A DNA stretch of 64,000 nucleotides, from positions 122,026 to 186,025 of the forward strand of contig WJIL01000132.1 of the NCBI GenBank assembly GCA_014730275.1. Direction: 5' to 3'. Under the pieces are notes generated by a model. That model made no database searches, had not been told where the DNA came from, and was given only the letters and a program-made list of their open reading frames with translations. Shown in pieces: positions 28,922 through 37,967 of the stretch; position 1 is the stretch's first letter, and each line of letters opens with the position of its first letter. This DNA comes from Promethearchaeota archaeon. Lineage in GTDB: Archaea > Asgardarchaeota > Thorarchaeia > Thorarchaeales > Thorarchaeaceae. Both the position numbers and the translations under genes were made by a program.

Positions 28922-29743
28922 CTACGGCTTGTCATTATTATCAGGTTCGTAGTTGGAAAAGAGCATTTTACGTACCCCCTCCACGGTTTTCGGCCCTATT
29001 CCGTGAACTTCCTGCCATTCGTCCGTACGAGTAACGACTTCAAATGGGCTTCCAAATTCCTCTAACAGGCTTCTAGCTCTAACGGCATTGATATTGGGAA
29101 AGCCAGCCACAAAGAACTCTTGCTCATCGCTCATGGAATCGAGACCTTTTCGAGTTCTGATTACTGGTAGCCTAGTACTTTCCCTATCATCGTTTTCTTC
29201 ACCCTTAAGAATCCCAAAAAGAAGACCCGCTGAATGCAGTGCATTGAAACCCTCTAGAATCTCAATTCCGCGATCACGAATGCTATCAATTAACCCATCC
29301 AGTGAGTTTGGATGTATGAAACTAGCTCGTTCCATTGTAACATAATATCCATGTTTCTTCTTAGTTTTCTTCGAGGAAAACGGAACGTAAATACATCCTT
29401 TCAAAGGGTCACGACGAATGGCGAGTAAATTCTCGATGAGCAGATACGGTTGTTCATACTCGAGAAGGGCATCCATCTGTTTCTTTAGGCGCGGTACACC
29501 CGATTTACTTCCAGTTAGTGTATGAACAAGATCAGTCACGGTTTTGCGCTCTATGGCAATTCCTTCAGTACCCAGAACGTCACCAATGGGTATTTTCTCT
29601 ACCGTGTAGTTGATTTCCTCCTCTTCAAGCATTGAAATCAAGTGTTTCACAGAGTTCTGTCGCTTACTTTTGGTTTCATGAACGTCAATAACGACGTCCG
29701 GTACGTTCCCATAAATGTCAGATTGCATACTACTCTTCACCAA
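28922..29743 (-). CDS. ERCC4-type (XPF/Mus81-like) nuclease, short form with C-terminal (HhH)2
   Basis: IAIERKTVTDL matches the ERCC4 ERKxxxD catalytic motif. C-terminal GFPNINAVRARSLLEEFGS...VHGIGPKTVEGV is a paired helix-hairpin-helix. Confidence 0.65.
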   Translation of the reverse strand: MVKSSMQSDIYGNVPDVVIDVHETKSKRQNSVKHLISMLEEEEINYTVEKIPIGDVLGTEGIAIERKTVTDLVHTLTGSKSGVPRLKKQMDALLEYEQPYLLIENLLAIRRDPLKGCIYVPFSSKKTKKKHGYYVTMERASFIHPNSLDGLIDSIRDRGIEILEGFNALHSAGLLFGILKGEENDDRESTRLPVIRTRKGLDSMSDEQEFFVAGFPNINAVRARSLLEEFGSPFEVVTRTDEWQEVHGIGPKTVEGVRKMLFSNYEPDNNDKP

Positions 29744-30368
29744 TCAGTGTCATAGCAGCAGCCATCGCGACTTCTCTAGCCAGTCCGGTATTGTCTGCTG
29801 AACCGATAACGACTACATCCTTGTCCTTAGGTCGGAGGCTGTCCATAATAAGGAGGGTTTCATCTTCATATCTGAGAAGGGGGTTAAAATCATCTGGAGG
29901 CATTAGTAATAGCCCGTTTCTACAGACTAGGGTTGTTGCCCCTGCTTCACCATAACCTCCTTTGATTATGGCCTCATCTCGTTGTCTGATGCCATCTGTA
30001 ACTTCATTTGCTTTTCCTTTCACCAAGTTGCAGTAGGATTTCGAATGTGTTGTGAGCTCTTCGAGGTCAAGATAGAGGCCCCTAGGAATATCATTTGATA
30101 TTGCATCAAAGAGCTCCTGACCAACATCGGTTAGTTTCTGTCCCTGCCTACCCTCTGCGGTGATGTAGTCTCCTTCTCCAAGACGTTTCAGTAGAGTTCT
30201 TGTGCTTCCTTCACCAATTGACATACTGTCGCACAGTTCGTATCGGCCGAGGGGCTGTCTTCGTCCAATCATTACGATTGCAACCGCAACATGGTGGGGC
30301 TCGAAAGACGGTGACACCCGTCCCTCAGCTGGTTTTACCAAGTTTCTAACCTGTTTCTTCCAATGCAC
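29730..30368 (-). CDS. hypothetical protein with N-terminal winged-helix-like segment
   Basis: GRYELCDSMSIGEGSTRTLLKRLGEGDYI is HTH-like. The rest is unassigned. Confidence 0.4.
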   Translation of the reverse strand: MHWKKQVRNLVKPAEGRVSPSFEPHHVAVAIVMIGRRQPLGRYELCDSMSIGEGSTRTLLKRLGEGDYITAEGRQGQKLTDVGQELFDAISNDIPRGLYLDLEELTTHSKSYCNLVKGKANEVTDGIRQRDEAIIKGGYGEAGATTLVCRNGLLLMPPDDFNPLLRYEDETLLIMDSLRPKDKDVVVIGSADNTGLAREVAMAAAMTLIGEE

Positions 30369-30387
30369 GAATTCATCTCCTCCTATA

Positions 30388-31008
30388 TCAAACGCATTCT
30401 TCTACCGTTCCTGAACTATTCACACGGTCTTTGTTAGTAACGGGTTCCCATATATCATTACCAAATTCCCTTCTTATTATTGACTCAAGAAGAGGGACTG
30501 CAAATCCGAAGATGAGAGTATTGGATATGACGTGTATTATCATGAAGGGAAGTCCCACTATAAACGCCGTGCTATAGGGAATTCCTGTTGCCAATGAATA
30601 ACCCAGATTGGTCATGGCATCAAAATAGATTGTTAAGACAGCACCGAGGGAGAAAAATACTCCGCCGTTGTATCTGGACTCTTCTGTTTTCGGGCTTTGA
30701 TGTCCGATAAAGCTCCCGACAATCACAACTACCAACCAACCGAGCACTTGACTGAGCCATATCTGTGGAATAAGGCCACCCCATGGATTGAAGGATCCAT
30801 AGAGAATTGCGGTTGTCAACATACAACCCAGTCCCATTTCAAGGCCGAATAGCAGCGCAGTAACGAAGAGAATGGCTGTTCCAAGTTCCACATTGGGAAT
30901 GCCTACAAGAGCATACATTCCTATCAGAGCCAATGCAGTCATTATTGCGGCAATAGATACATACCGCGTGCGCCGAATACGATACCGGGTTTCCCCTTCC
31001 TGTTTCAT
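30388..31008 (-). CDS. polytopic membrane protein (start reset to internal Met)
   Basis: Six hydrophobic helices. Taking the Met at 31008 avoids a 157-nt overlap with the upstream gene. Confidence 0.45.
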   Translation of the reverse strand: MKQEGETRYRIRRTRYVSIAAIMTALALIGMYALVGIPNVELGTAILFVTALLFGLEMGLGCMLTTAILYGSFNPWGGLIPQIWLSQVLGWLVVVIVGSFIGHQSPKTEESRYNGGVFFSLGAVLTIYFDAMTNLGYSLATGIPYSTAFIVGLPFMIIHVISNTLIFGFAVPLLESIIRREFGNDIWEPVTNKDRVNSSGTVEECV

Positions 31009-31016
31009 GTCTGAAC

Positions 31017-31754
31017 TCACTTTCGCACTTTGATTATCACGATTAGAGAAATGACTGAGACTACTGCAATACCTATCAGCGCAAGAACCGAATTCGGAGA
31101 TGGCGGCGTTATCATTTCTAGGGAAAGACACAGATTGTAAGGCGTACCGAATGAGTAGCTGGTGTTTGCCCATACAAGAACTCCTGTCTCTAAATCGTAT
31201 GCTAGGTGCGTAATTTGTGGCTCACCATAGTCAGTAGGGTCTTGTTGATAGTCATAAGTGACACAATCGTACTCCGAGCCACGAGATTCAATAGTCTTCT
31301 TGGATAAATTCATTGTTCCGTTCATGTAATTTCCAGACACTCTTTCAGCAGATTCTCTGGCGGTCTCATTGAGATTCTCCATATTCGCATCCCCGATTGG
31401 CACAACCAATCCTGGGAAGAATGGCGTCACGCCCCAAACCCCTATTACTAGTTCTCTAGCAATAGTGGTATCGTTCGTATCTACTGAGAGATTCCCAATA
31501 TGCAATGTTCCTTCGATGACATCACTGATGTTGTCGATGCTGAATGTCATTGAAGAACCTTCTTCTGCGATCCAGGCTCCTTCTCCAGTCCAACCCCACT
31601 CAAATGGTACATCTGGGCTCTCTTCAATATTCCATGAAATAGTGGTCTTACCGTCAGGTGTGGGTTCAAGACTCGTATGGTATTCTGCGCTTGCCATCAG
31701 AGGTGAGAATACCAAGCTTGTTATCACTAGTGCAATTATTGTCTTATTGATCAT
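31017..31754 (-). CDS. secreted/surface protein with signal peptide and C-terminal TM anchor
   Basis: N-terminal IIALVITSLVFSPLMASA and C-terminal LALIGIAVVSVISLIVIIKVRK. Confidence 0.5.
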   Translation of the reverse strand: MINKTIIALVITSLVFSPLMASAEYHTSLEPTPDGKTTISWNIEESPDVPFEWGWTGEGAWIAEEGSSMTFSIDNISDVIEGTLHIGNLSVDTNDTTIARELVIGVWGVTPFFPGLVVPIGDANMENLNETARESAERVSGNYMNGTMNLSKKTIESRGSEYDCVTYDYQQDPTDYGEPQITHLAYDLETGVLVWANTSYSFGTPYNLCLSLEMITPPSPNSVLALIGIAVVSVISLIVIIKVRK

Positions 31755-32248
31755 TTTCTCTTTCTCCTGAGATAAAATATGGATATCAGAAGTATTCCGA
31801 TAACTGGTAGAATTGCCAACGCGATTAGGGTCGACGGGTCGTTACTACTCTGCGTTGGGGTCGAAAATGCAGGTGGAATTCGGTGCCAGACGACCGTATC
31901 GTTGTCATTGAGCTGGTGTCTGTTTGCAGCCACAGATCCCAACTCACTGTTAACCCAATATTGCCACCATAACCCTGATTCTGCATCGTTAGTCACACCT
32001 GCTATCGACGTTACAAAGGCTTGATTCCCGTACCAGTCGACATCGACGGATGTTACGTTTTCAGTTGCTTCGAGCACAGTTTGTCCTTCTACTTCAGAAT
32101 ACGATTGTTCTGTTCCGTTTCCAAACTCGATGGTCACTGTTATTCCACTGGCAGCCGGCACGTGATTAGATGCACTGCCATCCGCTGTAGTTGAAGGGGG
32201 AGTTACTATCACTAGGACTAAACAAATGACAAGTACCATCCGTTTCAT
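31751..32248 (-). CDS. secreted/surface protein with signal peptide and C-terminal TM anchor
   Basis: N-terminal MVLVICLVLVIV and C-terminal LIALAILPVIGILLISIFYLRRKRK. ATGA-type overlap with the downstream gene. Confidence 0.5.
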   Translation of the reverse strand: MKRMVLVICLVLVIVTPPSTTADGSASNHVPAASGITVTIEFGNGTEQSYSEVEGQTVLEATENVTSVDVDWYGNQAFVTSIAGVTNDAESGLWWQYWVNSELGSVAANRHQLNDNDTVVWHRIPPAFSTPTQSSNDPSTLIALAILPVIGILLISIFYLRRKRK

Positions 32249-32673
32249 GATAGCAATTCACCAAATTATAGGATATGTTATCCTACAACGATATTGACCA
32301 AAATATAAGACTTGCCATATTTCATATTTCAAATCAGGAATCCATTAGAGGGAATTGTGAATATCGGATTTACAATCAAGAACGAGCATAACATAGAACT
32401 GCCCGCTCTACTCTGAAAAATCAGGAACTTACTTGTTGATATGAACAACTTTTTCCATTATTCGTATAGTAGAGCCGCTCTATTTGCAACAGAAGGGCTT
32501 TGATTGTCTGGTGTTATTAGATATGACAATGGATTCCAAGAGATTGAGATAATGCGAAGTGATTATCGACAACCTTTTTATCGTAGCTCACGTTCGATAG
32601 CAACGTAGTTGACGTTTGGTACTAACGTAGGTTTAAACAGGCCAGCCGTTCGTACGTCCGAAGAGGGAAGAAA

Positions 32674-33813
32674 ATGCCTGTCGCCATGCTGTTGATTGAT
32701 TGGGATAGCAAAATAGGAGCAGTTCTCAAGGCCAAGGTGCCGGAGGATTTTGCGGAATACTATCAAGAAGATCTTAACACTGAAGCCATGCGAATTTTCA
32801 CGTCTCACGCAATGGGAGAAGCTACAGCTGGATTCTCTACGCTGACAGTTCGTATTGGCGGAGAAGAATACAATGTCGCTTCGTATTATACGGGTATTGT
32901 TCGTGAGGAAGAACAATACTGTATCTCGCTGTTACTTGGCCCTTCGGAAGATCCAAAGGTATACGAGGCAGCAATCACTTCGGTAGTATCTCCGTTGATG
33001 AATGCAGTTGTTTCAATGACTGATGCGGAACTGCAAGAAGAGCTTGAGAACACCTACCGCCGGATTATTCGCCTCGCAGGAATGGCTGATGAGTCAAGAT
33101 TGGCTCGTCTTTTTGCTGACGAGGTCTCACGGGCTGTATTCCCCAAACTCTGGAAGGGCGGCATCTCAAAGGAAGACCTTGAAGAATGGCTCAAGATGGT
33201 AACAGGCCTCCCAAGTGTAAGTGTCGATTCAATCCTTGCCCCGTTTGAGGAGCTAGGAATAGCCAAAGTCGAATGGGTTGATGAGATTGGCAGAACCTGT
33301 GTTTTCATGATTAAAGACTTAGAAGTTTTCCGGGCACCACCTCTACTGGCTATGGAAACTGCGTCTGAAGTACTCGATCCCGAACTTGCAGCTGAATACA
33401 AGACTGAAGTGCTTGAGTTTCTCACGGAATGGCAAAAGACGCCTGAAGACACAGTCGCTATAGCCGAAATCCTGTCGGATCCTGACTGTTATGACATATT
33501 GAGCATTCTACGGCAGCGACCGGTGAACATTCCGGAGCTTGAAGCAACCTTGGGAATCCCACCGAAGGAACTACGTCAAGCCATACAGACCCTGAAGAAG
33601 TACAGAGTCGTGTCCGAAAAGCGCCGCAAGGAACCGTCTGGAGAATATGATCGTTGGTTATTCCTACTCAACGATATCCGTGTACGACTATTCTTCCCAG
33701 AATATTTCCTGCAGACTCTAGTACAGGAATTGGAAAAAGATCCAGATGATACCCGGCAAATGGAACTTGTAGAGCAGCATTTGCGGCTACTCAGGGACAA
33801 TTTCCCCCGGTAA
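32674..33813 (+). CDS. hypothetical protein; N-terminal longin/roadblock-like pattern, C-terminal winged helix
   Basis: N-terminus LLIDWDSKIGAVLKAKVPEDF...NVASYYTGIVREEEQYCISLLLG has longin-like beta-alpha patterning. C-terminus PVNIPELEATLGIPPKELRQAIQTLKKYRVV. Confidence 0.35.
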   Translation: MPVAMLLIDWDSKIGAVLKAKVPEDFAEYYQEDLNTEAMRIFTSHAMGEATAGFSTLTVRIGGEEYNVASYYTGIVREEEQYCISLLLGPSEDPKVYEAAITSVVSPLMNAVVSMTDAELQEELENTYRRIIRLAGMADESRLARLFADEVSRAVFPKLWKGGISKEDLEEWLKMVTGLPSVSVDSILAPFEELGIAKVEWVDEIGRTCVFMIKDLEVFRAPPLLAMETASEVLDPELAAEYKTEVLEFLTEWQKTPEDTVAIAEILSDPDCYDILSILRQRPVNIPELEATLGIPPKELRQAIQTLKKYRVVSEKRRKEPSGEYDRWLFLLNDIRVRLFFPEYFLQTLVQELEKDPDDTRQMELVEQHLRLLRDNFPR

Positions 33814-34089
33814 TTTTTCTGTAGCCTCTCCACCGACCAGTAAAGTTCTTATTGACCCATGTGAAACTGTAGCTGTCTGAGGTACGTGGCTTTCCCCGTA
33901 CGAAGAAACCTGTTGCGAAACACGCACGGTCCCAAAATTTGCACAGGTTTTCTTGCATTGGTCCCCTTGCACAGTTGGGATATTACTCTCAGCTGCAACA
34001 TACCACACGTATCTTAGAAAATGGTCGCTCCACGATGGAAAAGGCCTGCGGGTACGAGACGGCTGTTTTCTGGTCGCTTGTACCCGGTT

Positions 34090-35004
34090 CTATTTATCGA
34101 TTTCAAAATAAATGCGTCTGTATTTCTCTTCATATTTGAATTTCTTCTTATAGAAGTTGATTGCAGGATCATTATTCACCTCAACAAAGAGGTTTGATTT
34201 CGACATCCCTTGTTTCTTGGCTTCGTGTAAAACCTTGGTAAGCAACACCGTTCCGTAGCCTTGGTTATGATACCCTTCAAGAAGTCCTATTCCAAAAATG
34301 AAAAAATTGTTTGGATTTGTTTCCCAGCCTGCACAATATCCAATAGGCTCGCCATTCTGGTATGTAAGAAGACCAATGAAGCCAGATTTCTGCTGGAATG
34401 CGTATAGTGTATCTCTAGACATTGGCTCGTAGGTCGGGGAATCTGCGAATATCGAATCCTGCAACTTCTTCCAGAGGTCTAAATGGTTTTCAGATTTCAT
34501 TTCGGTAATCTGTATTCTTGTGTCTTCTTTGTTCTCAAGAAGATCATCAGAGATTTCAGTTTCCATTCTTATTTTCGTGTCCACTCTCTCGAATCCTTTT
34601 TCCTTTGCCAGAGATATGATATATGGGCGATAGCTGGAAACTATTGTTTTGATTTTTGCATACTCTCGAGACATTGCTTCTTTCAGTATTTCATCAAAAA
34701 GTCTGGAGCCGATTCCTACGGCTCTACGACTAGGTCGCACATTGACCGAGATACCGATGGCCGATGCATCCATTTGATATATTCGAGCCATTCCGTCGAG
34801 ATGACCTTCAGGATTCCATGCAAGAACAAGATCTTTTTCTAAATCGAGAGGCGCGTACAGCTTTTCAAAGAATGCTGCATCTTTAGGTTGAAAGTCAGGG
34901 TTGTCATGCCCTTCGACTGCATTATAGAGATTTGCCATCTCTTCAGCGATTAGATTAAGGGATTTGTCTACGGGCCTTTGAATCATAAATCCGTCAGCAA
35001 CCAT
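34090..35004 (-). CDS. tandem GNAT N-acetyltransferase
   Basis: Two acetyl-CoA binding blocks (RRAVGIGSRLF; HNQGYGTVLLT). Confidence 0.8.
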   Translation of the reverse strand: MVADGFMIQRPVDKSLNLIAEEMANLYNAVEGHDNPDFQPKDAAFFEKLYAPLDLEKDLVLAWNPEGHLDGMARIYQMDASAIGISVNVRPSRRAVGIGSRLFDEILKEAMSREYAKIKTIVSSYRPYIISLAKEKGFERVDTKIRMETEISDDLLENKEDTRIQITEMKSENHLDLWKKLQDSIFADSPTYEPMSRDTLYAFQQKSGFIGLLTYQNGEPIGYCAGWETNPNNFFIFGIGLLEGYHNQGYGTVLLTKVLHEAKKQGMSKSNLFVEVNNDPAINFYKKKFKYEEKYRRIYFEIDK

Positions 35005-35148
35005 GGTGATTACCTCTGCCTATAATCTTACATAGGCAATATTAGCACCACCGAATAAGTTTACGATGGACAACGAAGATTTAATTTGGCCTTCAGAAAG
35101 ATGATATTGATGTCATGCAAAGGCAACTCTCTCAAGCGGTGATTAGGC

Positions 35149-36963
35149 TTGATTCATAACACCTATCTCGTAAAGAATCCGTCTGGCGAAATTATCGCCC
35201 ATTCTAGCTATTGGCCAGTAGAAGTGAGAGAGGAACAGGTAGACGAATTCATCGAGACTCGAGAAGAGATTCGCGAACAGTCTGGGAATGAACTAACTCC
35301 AGAACTGCCACTCAGTATTGGTAATGACAAATTTATGGCTACTGAAATAGAATCAGATTTGCTTCTCATATTTGCAACTGACGAATCAGAAGACGAAAGC
35401 AATATTCGCGATCGCTTGAATGAAGCCAAAAAGGTCCTTAGCGATAACTTGGAAAAAGGCATTGATTACATTGTCGAGAACTACCAAGATCTGATTGAGG
35501 ACGCAGTCACGACGCGACTCAAAATAGCTCTGGTGGGTGAAGGAGGTGTTGGAAAGACCACGACGCTCCACCTATTATTGGGTGATTCACCTCCGCTTCA
35601 ATATGTCCCAACAATCGCTCTTAATTTGGAGACGGTTGAGAACATTCGCTTCGGCAACTACAGCCTTGTTTTGTGGGACTTTGCCGGACAGGAGAGATTC
35701 AGGAAGCTATGGAAGTTCTATTTCCACGGTGCCGATGTAATCTTCCTTGTTTGTGATTCTACACTACGGAACGTAATCATCAGCAAGGATATCCTGAAGA
35801 TGATCCGTCGTGATGCTCCTAAGGTTCCTGTATTTGCTATAGCCAATAAACAGGACAAACCCAAGGCGATGAAACCTGAAGTTGTTCAGAAAATACTTGG
35901 TGTGCCTACATATCCAATGGTTGCAATAGACAAAGATCGCCGCGAGGAAATGCTGAGGCTTCTCATGAATGCTGCGGCCCAATACGTGGGTGTATCTGTG
36001 CCTGATTTACCACCCTCAGAAGTTCTTACCTTCGTAGATGCAGAACCCAGTGAAGTAATCAAAGAACAAGAAGAAGAAAAGACTAAGGCCGAAGAAGAAG
36101 AGGTTGAGGTGGTAGAGACGGTTCTTGTTGATGAGGAGGGACGAATCATTGATGAGGCTGAGGGAGATTACGAAGTTATCGAAGAGGTCGTCGAGGTTGT
36201 AGAGGACGAAGAACCGGCAGAAGAACCTGTCCCAGAAGTGTCCGCGGAATCTGAAGCAATTTCTGGAATCGAAGTTTCTGAGATGGGGGATGAAACCGTT
36301 GATGACCAAGAAGCTGTTTCGGTGCAAGATGGGCATTCCAGAACCGAGGAGCCCATTGCTTTCTCCTTGGAAACAACACAGGAAGTGGTTGATTCCGAAG
36401 ATTCGGAAACTGGTCATGTCGACATATCATGGAAATCTACGAGTGAAATAGTTGAAGCTGAAGAAACTGGAGAAACCTCCATTGTAGAAAAAGCCGAGTG
36501 GGACACTAGAGCAGTCGATTATCACCAGAAGACAAAGAAAGAAGCCATCGAGAACGGTCGTGAAATGGCAAAAGAGATTATTTCAGAAGCTCTGGATGCG
36601 GACGATCTTGTCGCCTCCGATTTAGAAAAAGCAAGCGGTGAGGAACTAGATGCGGCTCTCGAGGCCTTTTCCAGCGATGAAACATTGCCCACCGAAGAGG
36701 AAGAAGAAAAGACCACTGCCGAGCTTGAAGAAAACACGAAAGAAGAACTTGAAGAAATACTCGGAGACATTGAATGCGTTGTCAGATCTCCTAAATGTGA
36801 AAAGGAATCTGATAGCTCGAGTGAACCCGATAAAGAAGCCATCCGCGAGATGGAACAAATCTTGGGCGAGATGGATTCAAAGAAGAAATTACAGCATGAT
36901 ATTAATTCTGTAAGAAAACGATCCGATTCAGGCGATGATCATAGATCTGTAGAAGAGTCATAA
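35149..36963 (+). CDS. small GTPase fused to an N-terminal roadblock/longin-like domain and a ~330-aa poly-acidic C-terminal tail
   Basis: GTPase core: KIALVGEGGVGKTT, WDFAGQERF, IANKQD. The preceding ~130 aa have a roadblock-like pattern. The tail is Glu-rich low complexity. Confidence 0.75.
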   Translation: MIHNTYLVKNPSGEIIAHSSYWPVEVREEQVDEFIETREEIREQSGNELTPELPLSIGNDKFMATEIESDLLLIFATDESEDESNIRDRLNEAKKVLSDNLEKGIDYIVENYQDLIEDAVTTRLKIALVGEGGVGKTTTLHLLLGDSPPLQYVPTIALNLETVENIRFGNYSLVLWDFAGQERFRKLWKFYFHGADVIFLVCDSTLRNVIISKDILKMIRRDAPKVPVFAIANKQDKPKAMKPEVVQKILGVPTYPMVAIDKDRREEMLRLLMNAAAQYVGVSVPDLPPSEVLTFVDAEPSEVIKEQEEEKTKAEEEEVEVVETVLVDEEGRIIDEAEGDYEVIEEVVEVVEDEEPAEEPVPEVSAESEAISGIEVSEMGDETVDDQEAVSVQDGHSRTEEPIAFSLETTQEVVDSEDSETGHVDISWKSTSEIVEAEETGETSIVEKAEWDTRAVDYHQKTKKEAIENGREMAKEIISEALDADDLVASDLEKASGEELDAALEAFSSDETLPTEEEEEKTTAELEENTKEELEEILGDIECVVRSPKCEKESDSSSEPDKEAIREMEQILGEMDSKKKLQHDINSVRKRSDSGDDHRSVEES

Positions 36964-37072
36964 TTTGAAACTTTGAATTAGTTTGACGCATTTCTACTAA
37001 TTATTTTTATTCAAAAGTACGTTTATGTGCCTCTCGTAAGACTGATTTAGGAACCTCTCTGAATAAAGACAA

Positions 37073-37435
37073 GTGATTCCATTGAAAGTTGAGGACGTCG
37101 AACCCGATAGCGGCATACCTGAATTGACCGTCCGTGTTGTATCCGTAGCACCGGCTCGTATCATTAGAACTCGGAGCGGAAGGAAGACACAATTGACGGA
37201 GGTACTCGTGGGTGATGAAACTGGAACGGCTGTTTTCACACTATGGGGATTTGGAGCGGGTTCTGATGTCAAAGCTGGCCAAGTGCTTCGAATTACAGAC
37301 GGGTGGGCAAAGGAGTACAAAGGAAAGATTCAGCTCTCGCTGGGTAGGTCTGGAGAGTTCCAGACGTTGGAAGGCGATGCAGGCTTGCCAGAGCTTTCTG
37401 AAATCCTGAATAATACCAAGAACAATGAGAGTTGA
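37073..37435 (+). CDS. ssb: single-OB-fold ssDNA-binding protein (crenarchaeal SSB type)
   Basis: LTVRVVSVAPARIIRTRSGRKTQLTEVLVGDETGTAVFTLWG closely parallels Saccharolobus SSB ...VGDETGRVKLTLWG. Flexible acidic tail. Confidence 0.7.
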   Translation: MIPLKVEDVEPDSGIPELTVRVVSVAPARIIRTRSGRKTQLTEVLVGDETGTAVFTLWGFGAGSDVKAGQVLRITDGWAKEYKGKIQLSLGRSGEFQTLEGDAGLPELSEILNNTKNNES

Positions 37436-37955
37436 TTGGAAAACTAACCTGGAAATGAGCGAAATGACTCTATGCTATCTATCAGGTCCAATTATCCACA
37501 AAGAAAATCGAAAAGACAATTTCTACCAATATATTGTCGATTTTCTACGTGATGAAGGGATAGACGTCTTTGCTCCACAGTTTCTTGGTCCTTCTGAACC
37601 TATTGAGATTTTTCAAAGAGATACTCAAAAAGTGCGGGCGGCGGATTTTGTAATTGCTGAGGTTTCTAACGCATCTCACGGAGTCGGTATGGAACTCATG
37701 CTGTCGATAGAATTTGGAAAGCCTCTCCTACTATTCCGCCATGCCGAGGCTCAGCGGCTTTCGTACATGGTGTCTGGTGCTAGTGGCAAAGCTCTGTTCG
37801 AGTATGGAGATTTGGATGATATTACCCGTGTTTTGGAGAGACTGAATCTGCATAATCTCATAATCAAGCAGTGTAGCTCGTGCCCTTCTGACGTCGCAAG
37901 CACTAGAAACAATAAGATTCACTGTGTCCAATGTGGTGCAGATTTGTCCGAGTAG
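37425..37955 (+). CDS. nucleoside 2-deoxyribosyltransferase-like (Rossmann) protein with C-terminal zinc ribbon
   Basis: SNASHGVGMELMLSIEFGKPLL matches the NDT-like family core. C-terminal CSSCPSD...CVQCG. The true start is probably MSEMT/MTLCY, ~30-40 nt inside the ORF. Confidence 0.5.
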   Translation: MRVDWKTNLEMSEMTLCYLSGPIIHKENRKDNFYQYIVDFLRDEGIDVFAPQFLGPSEPIEIFQRDTQKVRAADFVIAEVSNASHGVGMELMLSIEFGKPLLLFRHAEAQRLSYMVSGASGKALFEYGDLDDITRVLERLNLHNLIIKQCSSCPSDVASTRNNKIHCVQCGADLSE

Positions 37956-37967
37956 GGTTGTGAGTGT

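Noticed and set aside
35886-36858. Several minus-strand ORFs rich in Ser/Thr/Phe (35886-36149, 36016-36417, 36168-36356, 36176-36430, 36522-36842, 36646-36858)
   Set aside because: They are antisense translations of the GAA/GAG-rich poly-glutamate tail of the GTPase gene. They are low-complexity artefacts.
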